From Candidatus Limnocylindrales bacterium (GTDB lineage: Bacteria > Chloroflexota > Limnocylindria > Limnocylindrales > CSP1-4): a stretch of 64,000 nucleotides of DNA. Location of the stretch: positions 92,440-156,439 of the forward strand of contig JBEKPB010000001.1 of assembly GCA_049521175.1 (NCBI GenBank). Direction: 5' to 3'. The position numbers were made by a program, and so were the translations under genes. Below are positions 30,022 to 38,899 of this stretch, piece by piece (position 1 is the stretch's first letter; every line of letters begins with the position of its first letter). Below the pieces are notes generated by a model. The model did no database searches. It was given only the letters and a program-made list of their open reading frames with translations, and was not told where the DNA came from.

Positions 30022-30904
30022 GTGCGCCCTTCTCTCCCGTGACGATCTTGACGCCGGCAGAAGCCCCGATCCGGGTCGCCCCGGCTGCGATCATGTCCTG
30101 GACATCCTCCGCGGTGCGGATGCCGCCGGAGGCCTTGACGCCCATCTTTGGGCCGACGGTCTCACGCATCAGCGCGACGTCGAAGACCGTCGCTCCGCCC
30201 TTGGCGTACCCGGTGGACGTCTTGACGAAGTCGGCTTTGGCCTGCTGAGCCAGGCGGCAGGCGATCACCTTCTCCTCGTCGGTGAGTAGGCCGGTCTCGA
30301 TGATCACCTTGCAAAGCGTGCCGGCCTCGTGGCAGGCGTCGGCGACGCGGGCGATGTCCTCGCGGACCTGGGCCTGCATCCCGCTCTTGAGCGCCCCGAT
30401 ATTGATGACCATGTCGATCTCGCGGGCGCCGTCGCGGATCGCCCGGCGCGCCTCGAACACCTTGATCTCTGTCGGCGTGGCTCCGAACGGGAAGCCCACG
30501 ACCGAGGCGACCCCGACATCCGAGTCGCGCAGGTCGTCGGCCGCGCGGCGCACCCAGGTGGGGTTGACGCAGACCGCAGCGAACCGGAACTCGGCCGCCT
30601 CGGCGCAGAGCTTGTCGATATCGGCGACCACGGCGTCTGGGCGCAGGAGCGTGTGGTCGATGTAGCGGGCGAGGTCCGTAGGAACGTCGGCCGCCTGGCC
30701 GTGGTACTCGACGCGGGAGGCACCTCCGGCCACGACGTCGCGGACCCTCGTTGCGCACTGGGCGGCGCATGCGCCGACGCACCCTGCGCAGATCCCGCTT
30801 TGGGCCCCTGGGGTGCCTGTGGCGCCGCGCCCGCTCAGCGACGCCAGCACCTGGCTGGTGATCCTCTCGACGAGCTCGTCGCGGGTGTACTTTGCCTCCG
30901 TCAT
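30008..30904 (-). CDS. deoC: Deoxyribose-phosphate aldolase (DERA) with an N-terminal encapsulation-peptide-like extension and a Cys-rich linker.
   Basis: The DERA core contains [37 protein letters not shown] and [10 protein letters not shown]. The N-terminus [25 protein letters not shown] is followed by [13 protein letters not shown]. Confidence 0.85.
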   Translation of the reverse strand: MTEAKYTRDELVERITSQVLASLSGRGATGTPGAQSGICAGCVGACAAQCATRVRDVVAGGASRVEYHGQAADVPTDLARYIDHTLLRPDAVVADIDKLCAEAAEFRFAAVCVNPTWVRRAADDLRDSDVGVASVVGFPFGATPTEIKVFEARRAIRDGAREIDMVINIGALKSGMQAQVREDIARVADACHEAGTLCKVIIETGLLTDEEKVIACRLAQQAKADFVKTSTGYAKGGATVFDVALMRETVGPKMGVKASGGIRTAEDVQDMIAAGATRIGASAGVKIVTGEKGAHGQY

Positions 30905-31533
30905 CCTCGAACCTCACCGGCCGCAGCCATGTAGCGGCGCTCTATCGCCGTGATCTTCTCGACCCTCGCGGCGTGCCGCCCGGGGGCCCATTCCGTGCCG
31001 AGCCAGGCCCGCACGATCTCGATGGCCAGTCCCTCACCGATGAAGCGAGCACCCAGTGTGAGGACGTTGGCGTGGTTGTGCTCGCGGCTGTTCCGCGCGC
31101 TTGAAAGGTCGTGGCACAGGGCGGCGCGGATGCCCGGTACCTTGTTGGCGACCATGCACGAGCCGATCCCGGCGCCGTCCAGGATGATTCCCCACTTGCA
31201 GGTCCCGTCCGCGACCAGGCGCGCGACTGCATGGGCGATGTCGGGGTAGTCCACGGGGTCGCTGCCGTGGGTGCCGCAGTCGTGGACCGCGAAGCCGCTC
31301 TCGGTCAGCATCTGCCCGATCACGTCCTTGAGCGCGGAGCCGCCGTGATCGGCGCCGATGGCGATAGCCACGCACTCGGAACCCGGCTGAGTTGTCGCGG
31401 GAGCCGCCACTGTCGCCGGCGAGTTTCCAGTTGCGCCCGTCCCGTCGCCCGCCAGCGTGGCGTCGACAATGCCGCGCACGATGTCGCGGAGCTCGTCCGC
31501 GGAAGGGGTCGCCGGAACGCGCTGGTCACTCAT
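30901..31533 (-). CDS. rpiB: Ribose-5-phosphate isomerase B (RpiB/LacAB family) with an N-terminal encapsulation-peptide-like extension.
   Basis: The RpiB core contains [14 protein letters not shown]...[22 protein letters not shown]...[12 protein letters not shown]. The N-terminus is [29 protein letters not shown], followed by a Pro/Thr/Ala-rich linker of about 50 aa. Confidence 0.8.
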   Translation of the reverse strand: MSDQRVPATPSADELRDIVRGIVDATLAGDGTGATGNSPATVAAPATTQPGSECVAIAIGADHGGSALKDVIGQMLTESGFAVHDCGTHGSDPVDYPDIAHAVARLVADGTCKWGIILDGAGIGSCMVANKVPGIRAALCHDLSSARNSREHNHANVLTLGARFIGEGLAIEIVRAWLGTEWAPGRHAARVEKITAIERRYMAAAGEVRG

Positions 31534-32521
31534 GGCTCAGCACCCACACGGCCGTTTCCTCGTCCGTCACCATGACGTTGACGCAGCCCGACCGAAGGGC
31601 GGCCAGGGCGATCGGACCGCGGCCCGGTCCGGCAGCGACCCCAACGGTCAGTGCTTTGGCGCAGAGCTCTTCGAGCGGCAACCCGATGGTCCGCCGGTCG
31701 AGCGACGGCAGGGCGATGTGGCCGTCGAGCGACAGGAACCGCCCCAGGACGTCACCCACTGCCCCGGCGTCCGCAAGCGCCGCGAGGTCTGGTTCGCCAA
31801 TGAAGCCGGACGCGACATGGACGCTCTCGGCGCCCAGAACGCCCATGCTGAAGACGGCGGTCTGCGCAGAGCGCGCCGCGGCCAGCGTCTCGCCGACCGA
31901 TGCGTCTCGCTCGAGAGCTTCGCGCAGCTCGGGTGAGCCGACGATCGCAGGGGCGGGCATCAGTTGGATTGCGGCCCCGCTCGTGAGCCCGAACTGCTCC
32001 ACGACCTCTTGGGCCCGGGTGGGTCGGGCGGAGCGGGACATCGCTCCGTTCAGCTGCACGATCTCCGACGCCACGGTCCAGCCGGGGCGCAGGTGCGCGG
32101 CGACCTCGAGCATCGTGCGCCCCCACGACACGCCGATCGCACCCGTCGGTCGCAACGCGGTCAGGTGAGCGGCGGCAGCCCCGGCGACCCGCTCGCGGGC
32201 GAGAAGCTCCTGGTCCGCGGCGGAAGCGGTCGGCGGCACGTCGACGACGACCGCGCTGCGCAGGCCGAACCGACCGACGAGGCCGTCTTCGAGCTCCACC
32301 AGACGAACGTCGGGATGGACGATCTCGATCCGGACGGCCGACTCGCGCAGGGCGCGATCCAGGAGGCGGCCGACCTTGAACCGGCTGACACCCAACCGTT
32401 CGCCGACCTGCCCCTGGGTCAGGTGAAGCCGGTAATAGAGCTGCGCGGCGCGGAGCATCAGCCGAGTCTCCAGACCCAGCTCGTCCTGCCCGAGGATCGC
32501 CGCTCCGGCTCCCATGCTCAA
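31526..32521 (-). CDS. SorC/DeoR-type sugar-phosphate-binding transcriptional regulator. It is the first gene of the BMC operon.
   Basis: The N-terminal HTH is LMLRAAQLYYRLHLTQGQVGERLGVSRFKV. The C-terminal sugar-binding domain contains IGVSWGRT...GVLGAE. Confidence 0.75.
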   Translation of the reverse strand: MSMGAGAAILGQDELGLETRLMLRAAQLYYRLHLTQGQVGERLGVSRFKVGRLLDRALRESAVRIEIVHPDVRLVELEDGLVGRFGLRSAVVVDVPPTASAADQELLARERVAGAAAAHLTALRPTGAIGVSWGRTMLEVAAHLRPGWTVASEIVQLNGAMSRSARPTRAQEVVEQFGLTSGAAIQLMPAPAIVGSPELREALERDASVGETLAAARSAQTAVFSMGVLGAESVHVASGFIGEPDLAALADAGAVGDVLGRFLSLDGHIALPSLDRRTIGLPLEELCAKALTVGVAAGPGRGPIALAALRSGCVNVMVTDEETAVWVLSHE

Positions 32522-32559
32522 ATGTGCGGCCGATTGCTCATATGATCAAGACTACGCGG

Positions 32560-32720
32560 TCGAGAACGGCGCTGTCAAGGGATGCCGGTACCAGCTTCGT
32601 GGGGCCTCTGTGAAGGCCACAAGCAGCGTCGCCACCTTTGTCGCGGCCGCGAACGAGTTCCGCAGAAACGGCAAGGAGCGCGCCGACTATCAGGTCAACG
32701 TCGAGGTTTGGCGCCCGACG
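32560..32720 (+). pseudogene. Degraded fragment of an ssb paralog (the N-terminal OB-fold portion only).
   Basis: The plus-strand translation LRGASVKATSSVATFVAAANEFRRNGKERADYQVNVEVWRP is collinear with the intact SSB 1 kb downstream (LRSLASGSSVATFAVATNEFRGNGKERAEYHNVVVWDR). The fragment has no start and no C-terminus. Confidence 0.5.
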
Positions 32721-32792
32721 CCTCGCGCCAGGAGCCGTGCAGCCGCAAGCGGGCTTGGCGCCGGCTGCGACAGTCTCGGACTTCGGACCAGA

Positions 32793-33455
32793 TCATCGGG
32801 TCCTTCCGGCTCGGACGGCCCAGAGCGGCAACGCCAGCAGCGCGGCCAACCAGACGAACAGCCACCAGTTCGGGAACATCGGAAACAAGACCACAGGCAA
32901 CGTGATCAAGAGCATCACGAGATAGGCCACCCACGGGCCGTATCTCCTCATCGGCGGTCGCCTGATCGCTCGCCACACGAAGGTCGAATTGCCGCCTCGT
33001 ACGAGATCCACCACAGCCAGCACGACGCCCGCGGCTGCTGTCCCGGCGAAAAGCCAGAGTCCCCACGCCGGCGTCGGGGGAATGACCCACCCGGACTGAT
33101 CGCCGTACAGGGCCTCCTGGAATTCGAGGATCGCCCCGTAGAACGCCGCCGCGAACGCGACCAGGATGGCGACCTTGGCGCCACGCGCCGGAAAGGCCAA
33201 GCCGGCGAGGGCGACAACGATCGCGACGAGCGGAGCGTATGGAGTCAGCAGGTCCGCCATCGTAAGCGCCGCGACGGAGTAGCCGCCTGCGGAGATCCAG
33301 GTCGAGTAGCCCGGGCCCGAGATCACGTACCAAGGCACGAACCACGACCAGATGAGAACGGCCGCGGCTCCGATCTCCAGGAGCGCGAGGACGCTTCGGT
33401 CGCCCCGATCGACCGTCGAGCCTGCCTTCAGGCTGTCGCCGGCTTGGCTCTGCAT
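32793..33455 (-). CDS. Hypothetical polytopic membrane protein (about 220 aa, 5-6 TM segments).
   Basis: The ATG at 33455 has a GAGGGG RBS. The protein has hydrophobic segments throughout. The longer track ORF overlaps ssb on the opposite strand and is rejected. Confidence 0.45.
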   Translation of the reverse strand: MQSQAGDSLKAGSTVDRGDRSVLALLEIGAAAVLIWSWFVPWYVISGPGYSTWISAGGYSVAALTMADLLTPYAPLVAIVVALAGLAFPARGAKVAILVAFAAAFYGAILEFQEALYGDQSGWVIPPTPAWGLWLFAGTAAAGVVLAVVDLVRGGNSTFVWRAIRRPPMRRYGPWVAYLVMLLITLPVVLFPMFPNWWLFVWLAALLALPLWAVRAGRTR

Positions 33456-33650
33456 GGTCGACCCCTCAGTGGCAGATCCGGCCGCGACGCGAGTGTGTCC
33501 CGATTTCCGAGGGCGGCCGGGTATCACTGAGTATGCGCAGTCGAATAAGCCTTGGATGAGCCGCGGTTGATCGGGCGCGGATATGGTCACGGTACCCGCC
33601 GCAAGAGAGGGCGTCGTGAGGAAGCGGCGCCGGAAGAGGAGATTGGGACC

Positions 33651-34136
33651 GTGAACAAGGTCCTCTTGACCGGGCGACTGACCCGGGATCCGGAGCTCCG
33701 ATCGCTGGCCAGCGGATCGAGCGTCGCCACCTTCGCCGTGGCCACGAACGAGTTCCGCGGCAACGGCAAAGAGCGCGCCGAATATCACAATGTCGTCGTT
33801 TGGGACCGGCTGGCTCAGGTCTGCGGCCAGTATCTGGGCAAGGGTCAGCAGGTCGCCATCGAAGGCCGGCTGCAGACCCGCCAGTGGGACGATGACCGCG
33901 GAACGCGCCACTGGAAGACGGAGGTCGTGGCCACGTCCGTTGAGATGCTGTCGGGTCGCCGGAAGCGCGACTACGAGGCCGACTCACTCGCCGCCCAGGC
34001 GGGTGATCCGGGTGCGGGCGATCCCGCTGCCATCTCCCCCAACGAAGCGGCCGAGGTCGGCGTCGTGACCGTGGCCGACGCGCTACCCGACGAGTCCGCC
34101 TCGAGCGACGACGAGCAGGTGCTCGTCCTGGTGTAG
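33651..34136 (+). CDS. ssb: Single-stranded DNA-binding protein.
   Basis: The GTG start gives MNKVLLTGRLTRDPELR. The protein has an OB fold with GNGKERAEYHNVVVWDRLA and an acidic C-terminal tail DDEQVLVLV. The track start is further upstream. Confidence 0.85.
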   Translation: MNKVLLTGRLTRDPELRSLASGSSVATFAVATNEFRGNGKERAEYHNVVVWDRLAQVCGQYLGKGQQVAIEGRLQTRQWDDDRGTRHWKTEVVATSVEMLSGRRKRDYEADSLAAQAGDPGAGDPAAISPNEAAEVGVVTVADALPDESASSDDEQVLVLV

Positions 34137-34146
34137 ATGCCTCCCC

Positions 34147-34182
34147 GGAGCGCGGCACGGTAACCCCCACCGGCCGCGCTCC
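34147..34182. terminator. Bidirectional terminator-like hairpin between convergent ssb and the PNP gene.
   Basis: GGAGCGCGGC-N16-GCCGCGCTCC is a perfect 10-bp GC-rich stem. Confidence 0.45.
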
Positions 34183-34245
34183 CCCACCTTAGACGATGCT
34201 CGCGGGCGGGTGGCACGACCCCGCGCCGGATGCAGCCGTTGCGGA

Positions 34246-35112
34246 CTAGGCCTGAACCAGGCCGCCGACAAACCGCGTCAGAACGCGGGCCAGCGCGGGG
34301 CCGGCCGCCTCGGCCGCGGCAAGCACCTCGGCGTGGCTCAGCTCCGAGCCCGACAACCCGGCGCCCGGATTCGTCACGAGCGAGACGCCGCAGACGCGCG
34401 AACCCGCCCAGTGTGCAGCCACGGCCTCGAGCGCGGTGGACATCCCGACCGCATCGACACCCAGGCGGTCCACCATGCGTACTTCTGCCGGAGTCTCGTA
34501 GCTGGGCCCGAGAAGGCACGCGTACACGCCGTCTGCCAGCGCCACCCCCTCTGCATCGGCCGCGGCGTGCAGACGCGATCTCAGATCAGCGTCCCAGACG
34601 CCGGTCATGTCCGGGAAGCGCGGCCCGATCTCCGGCGCGTTCGGACCGGTGAGGGGTGAACGCCCAGTGAGATTGATGTGGTCGGCAATCGCCATCAGGG
34701 TGCCGGCGGCGTAGGTCCGGTTGACGCCGCCCGCCGCGTTTGTGAGCACGACGGACTCGACGCCCAGCAGCGCCATCAGTAGCACCGGCTGGACCACGAA
34801 CCCCGCCGAATGGCCTTCGTACAGATGGAAGCGACCCTGCTGGACGACGACCGGGGCCCCGGCAAGGCGCCCGAAAAGGAGCCTACCGGCGTGCCCAGGT
34901 GCCGTGGCCGCGGGCCAACCGGGCAACTCGGCGAATGGAATGGCGACGTCGAGGTCGATGGAGTCGGCCAGCCCGCCAAGACCTGAACCGAGCACCAGGC
35001 CTGCGAGCGGCCTGAGGTTCGTCCGCTCACGGACGGCCCGCTCCAGCAAAGCCAGCAGCGGAGGCTGTTCGGCCGGCGATATCTCACGCCCGAGGACGAA
35101 ATCCGCGGTCAT
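34246..35112 (-). CDS. punA: Purine nucleoside phosphorylase (trimeric PNP/MTAP family).
   Basis: The protein contains GLVLGSGLGGLAD, HLYEGH and VGMSTALEAVAAHWAG. The ATG at 35112 overlaps the cdd stop. Confidence 0.8.
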   Translation of the reverse strand: MTADFVLGREISPAEQPPLLALLERAVRERTNLRPLAGLVLGSGLGGLADSIDLDVAIPFAELPGWPAATAPGHAGRLLFGRLAGAPVVVQQGRFHLYEGHSAGFVVQPVLLMALLGVESVVLTNAAGGVNRTYAAGTLMAIADHINLTGRSPLTGPNAPEIGPRFPDMTGVWDADLRSRLHAAADAEGVALADGVYACLLGPSYETPAEVRMVDRLGVDAVGMSTALEAVAAHWAGSRVCGVSLVTNPGAGLSGSELSHAEVLAAAEAAGPALARVLTRFVGGLVQA

Positions 35113-35600
35113 CGACCGCGGCCACCGGACGCCGACCCGCTCGCCGCAGCCTCGTCCAGGTTCTTCGCCCAGAAGGCGAGCGGCAGCAGGTCGCCCAGCC
35201 GGGCGGCGTAGACGGAGTCGCTCAGACTGGAGGCGGCGAACACGAGGAGGTCCGGGCCGAATTCGGCGAGGAGCTGGCGGCAGATCCCGCACGGACTCGA
35301 CGGCTCGGCGGTCGGGGTGACCACCACGCAGACCCGGACCGACGTCTCGCCACCGACAACCGCCCCAACGACGGCGCTCCGCTCGGCGCAGATCGTGGCC
35401 CCGTACGAGGCCGACTCGACGTTGCATCCGGGATAGATCGCGCCGCTGCCCCCGAGGATCGCCGCACCCACATGGAACCGCGAGTACGGCACCCGGGCGC
35501 GGCCCTGGGCCGCGAGGGCGGCAGCAAGCAGATCGTCGAACTCACGCAATCGCGTCGAGGCTTCCGCCCGGTCGATGAGCTCTATCCCGGCAACCGTCAT
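35109..35600 (-). CDS. cdd: Cytidine deaminase.
   Basis: The zinc motifs CAERSA and PCGICRQ are present. The protein is 163 aa, from MTVAGIELIDRAEA. Confidence 0.85.
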   Translation of the reverse strand: MTVAGIELIDRAEASTRLREFDDLLAAALAAQGRARVPYSRFHVGAAILGGSGAIYPGCNVESASYGATICAERSAVVGAVVGGETSVRVCVVVTPTAEPSSPCGICRQLLAEFGPDLLVFAASSLSDSVYAARLGDLLPLAFWAKNLDEAAASGSASGGRGR

Positions 35601-35690
35601 CGAAGACACCTCACTGAGCAATTGCCTTTCCCCCAGTAGTGATAGCGTCTGCGCCAACCACCGATCACCGCCGGCGAGGAGAGGACACCG

Positions 35691-36563
35691 ATGGACACCA
35701 GCGGCCCTGACGAGTCTCGAGCTGGGGCGGCCGAGCGCCGTGCCGACGCCCCAACCAGCGAGACTGGGGCACAGTATCACCTGCATCTCTCCCCGGGCCA
35801 GATCCCGGCGACCGTGCTCATGCCCGGGGACCCCGGCCGCGTCACCAAGATGATGGCCGGCTGGGATGGCGGCGAGGAGCTCGCCTTCCACCGCGAGTAC
35901 CGATCGGCTCGAGGGATCTACAAGGGCGTCCCGATCGGCGCGATATCGAGCGGTGTCGGAGCGCCCAGTCTCGAGATCGCCGCCCACGAGTTCGCGACGA
36001 TCGGCGGCAAGACGGTCATCCGCGTGGGGACGTGCGGAGCCCTTCGCGCCGAGATCCAGCCCGGCGACCTGATCGTGCCCGTCGCCGCGGTCCGGCGCGA
36101 CGGCACGGCCGACCGGTACTTGCCACTCGACCACCCGGCCTTCGCCGAACCCGAGGTGTACATGGCCCTGGTCGAGGCGTGCGAGCGGCTCGGGTATCGC
36201 TACCACGTCGGCATCGTGTGCAGCGTCGGCTCTTTCTACCTCGGGCAGGCACGTCCGGTGACCGGCGGTTTCTGGCAGTCGGGTGTCGATGGCCTGGTCG
36301 ACGACCTGCGCGAGGCCGGTGTCGGATGCCTTGAAATGGAGTGCTCGGCGCTGTTCGTCCTGGCCCGGCTGTTCGGGATGCGAAGTGGCGCCGTCCTCGG
36401 CGCCGTCGCGAACCGGGTCACCAACGCCTTCGGCGACAACGGCGCTGAGGAGCGGGCGATCTCGGTCGCCAACGAAGCCGTGGTCATCCTCGACGACTGG
36501 GGCCGGCGCAAGGCTTCCGCCGGCAAGGCGAACTTCTACCCGTCTCTGTTGCGGGGCGTTTGA
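35691..36563 (+). CDS. Nucleoside phosphorylase of the PNP/UDP family 1 (uridine phosphorylase or DeoD-type).
   Basis: The protein contains GVPIGAISSGVGAPSLEIAAHEF, GTCGAL and EMECSALFVLARLFG. It is transcribed divergently from cdd. Confidence 0.75.
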   Translation: MDTSGPDESRAGAAERRADAPTSETGAQYHLHLSPGQIPATVLMPGDPGRVTKMMAGWDGGEELAFHREYRSARGIYKGVPIGAISSGVGAPSLEIAAHEFATIGGKTVIRVGTCGALRAEIQPGDLIVPVAAVRRDGTADRYLPLDHPAFAEPEVYMALVEACERLGYRYHVGIVCSVGSFYLGQARPVTGGFWQSGVDGLVDDLREAGVGCLEMECSALFVLARLFGMRSGAVLGAVANRVTNAFGDNGAEERAISVANEAVVILDDWGRRKASAGKANFYPSLLRGV

Positions 36564-36644
36564 GCCCGACACATCGGTCTACGGCTCGGCCACGGATCAG
36601 TCTACGGCGCGGCCGCAACGATCGATCGCGGAGCCGGATGCACT

Positions 36645-37724
36645 TTAGGTCGCCGATTCGCGCTCGTACGGCTTGCCGTCCGCAGCCGGGGCGATGCTCC
36701 GTCCGATCAGGCCCGCCAGAATGACGATCGTGATGATGTAGGGCAACGCCTCCCAGAACTCGCCCGGGACCTGGCTCATCAAGTCGCCCAGGTCGCCCGT
36801 TGGGGGCGAGATCTGCAGCGACGTGCTCAGCCCCGTGGCCGACGCGAAGATCAGGGCCGCCCCGAAAGCCCCGAAGGGCGTCCACCGGCCCACGATCATC
36901 GCCGCGAGCCCAATGAACCCGCGTCCGGCCGTCATGTTGGCGTCGAACTTGTTGGTGTGCTCCATGGTCAGCCAGGCGCCGCCCAGCGCCGCCAGCGCTC
37001 CGGACATGACAACATTCCGATACCGCAGTCGGATGACGTCGATGCCGACCGTCTCGGCGGCTCGCGGATGCTCACCGGTGGCGCGCGTTCGGAGGCCCCA
37101 GCGAGATCGGAACAACATGATCTGCAGGATGATCACGATCACGATCGTCGTTAGCCCGATCGGCCCCTGACTCAGGACGGCGTTGATCAGCCAGCCGACC
37201 ACCGGCAGATCGACCACTCCCTGCGGGACCTGGTACGCGGCAAACTGGCCGGCGCCGACGGGCGACTGCGATGCGATGAGGCTGTAGACATAGCCGGTGA
37301 TCCCCGCAGCGCCGATGTTGATGATCGTGCCGCTGATGATCTGGTCCACCCGGAGCGATATGGCCATCCAGGCGTGCAGCAGGGAAACGAGCATTCCGGC
37401 CGCGATGGCCGCCACCAGGCCGACCAGGAGGGGCATTGTCACGCCGAACAAGGGCATGGGCGTACCCTCGCCCATGACCCCGACCGCGGCGGCACCGACG
37501 ATCCAGCCGACGAACGCTGCCGTCAGCATGATCCCTTCCAGACCGATGTTGACGACACCCGACCGCTCGCACATGACTCCGCACAACGCCGCCAGCGTGA
37601 TCGGAATCGCAACGGCGACCGTGGTCTGGGACATGTAGCCGATGTTCTCGAGCACGTATCCGAGGAACTGGAAAACGATCCCCAGGGCTGGCAGGGCATC
37701 GAGGCTCTGGATGATCCCGCTCAT
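36645..37724 (-). CDS. ABC transporter permease (BMP-family nucleoside importer, NupQ/YufQ-like).
   Basis: This is a polytopic permease encoded adjacent to a BMP-family substrate-binding protein and a tandem ATPase. Confidence 0.75.
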   Translation of the reverse strand: MSGIIQSLDALPALGIVFQFLGYVLENIGYMSQTTVAVAIPITLAALCGVMCERSGVVNIGLEGIMLTAAFVGWIVGAAAVGVMGEGTPMPLFGVTMPLLVGLVAAIAAGMLVSLLHAWMAISLRVDQIISGTIINIGAAGITGYVYSLIASQSPVGAGQFAAYQVPQGVVDLPVVGWLINAVLSQGPIGLTTIVIVIILQIMLFRSRWGLRTRATGEHPRAAETVGIDVIRLRYRNVVMSGALAALGGAWLTMEHTNKFDANMTAGRGFIGLAAMIVGRWTPFGAFGAALIFASATGLSTSLQISPPTGDLGDLMSQVPGEFWEALPYIITIVILAGLIGRSIAPAADGKPYERESAT

Positions 37725-38899
37725 ACCACGCCCTCCGCTTCCCGACCCACTGCGACCCCCATGTCGGACATGGACCCCGGTTTGGCGGCCCTACGATCCA
37801 ACCAGCGCCTCAGAGCGTTCACAACCAGGAAGACCAGAATGATCGCCTGGAGTGCGTCGACCAACTGGGATGGAACGCCGGCCTGGATCTGCATCGCCTG
37901 CGAGCCGGCCCGCATCGCCCCCAGGAGGAGGCCCGCGAACATGACGCCGAATGGGTTGGACCGTCCGAGCAATGCCACGGTGATGGCGTCGAAGCCGACG
38001 GTTGTGTCGTAGCCGGGCGCGATCTGATGGACGACGCCCATGAGGGTCGTCGCTCCGGCCAACCCGGCCATCAGGCCCGCGATCGACATCGTCAGGACGA
38101 TCAGTCGATTGGTCTTCATGCCGCCGTAGCGGGCCGCGTCGGGGTTGGCGCCGGCCGCCCGGATCTCGAACCCGAGCGTCGTCCTGTAGAGCAGGAACCA
38201 GATGATCGGAACCGCGGCCAGGGCGATCAAGATACCGAGGTGGCCGTCGCGCCCGAGGATGATCGGGAGGGCGGCGTTCGTGGTGGTTACGTCGGCCGAG
38301 ATGGGCTGGTGCGCATTTGGGAGGGCGAGCGGTCCGCTAATCGCCCAGTAGGTCGCGAAGACGAAGACGTAGTTGAGCATGATCGTGGTCACGACTTCGT
38401 GGGCCCCCGACGTGGCCTTGAGGGCACCCGGGATGAACCCGGCCGCGGCGCCGAACGCCGCACCTACCAGAAGGGCCAGCGGGACGGTTATGTACGAACT
38501 CTGGTTCGCACCGACGACCGTAGCAACCAGCAACGCTCCGACGGTACCCATCAGGAACTGGCCGCGCCCGCCGATGTTGAACAACCCCGCCTTGAAGCCG
38601 AGCCCCACGCCCAGGCCCGCCAGTATCAACGGCGTGGCGTAGTTCAGCGTGGACGTTAGACCGTTGGGAGTAGCCACACCCTGTAGCAATGCCAGATACG
38701 CCGCGATCGGGAGCCCAACGTCGAAGTTCGAATGGCCGGCCACGAGACCGCTGAAGAGGGTAATTCCCACGGCTCCAACCAGGAGCGCCAGAACGATGGC
38801 GACCAGCGGCTCGGCGATCGGCTGGGCCATTGCGGAAATGGCTTTGGCGATCGCCTTCGGAAGGCCCGCCCTCGGCTGGATCGTCGCGGGACCGCTCAC
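37721..38899 (-). CDS. ABC transporter permease (NupP/YufP-like).
   Basis: This is a polytopic permease. Its start overlaps the ATPase stop. Confidence 0.75.
   Translation of the reverse strand: MSGPATIQPRAGLPKAIAKAISAMAQPIAEPLVAIVLALLVGAVGITLFSGLVAGHSNFDVGLPIAAYLALLQGVATPNGLTSTLNYATPLILAGLGVGLGFKAGLFNIGGRGQFLMGTVGALLVATVVGANQSSYITVPLALLVGAAFGAAAGFIPGALKATSGAHEVVTTIMLNYVFVFATYWAISGPLALPNAHQPISADVTTTNAALPIILGRDGHLGILIALAAVPIIWFLLYRTTLGFEIRAAGANPDAARYGGMKTNRLIVLTMSIAGLMAGLAGATTLMGVVHQIAPGYDTTVGFDAITVALLGRSNPFGVMFAGLLLGAMRAGSQAMQIQAGVPSQLVDALQAIILVFLVVNALRRWLDRRAAKPGSMSDMGVAVGREAEGVV

Noticed and set aside
32514-33530. A 338-aa plus-strand ORF.
   Set aside because: It is spurious as a gene, because it overlaps the minus-strand membrane-protein gene and is Arg-rich. 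Only its first roughly 70 codons are meaningful, as the ssb-fragment remnant.
32793-33911. A 372-aa version of the membrane-protein ORF.
   Set aside because: Its N-terminal third overlaps ssb on the opposite strand. I truncated it to the ATG at 33455, which has an RBS.
35109-36572. A 487-aa ORF.
   Set aside because: Only the last 163 aa (from MTVAGIELID) are cytidine deaminase. The remainder overlaps the divergently transcribed phosphorylase gene.
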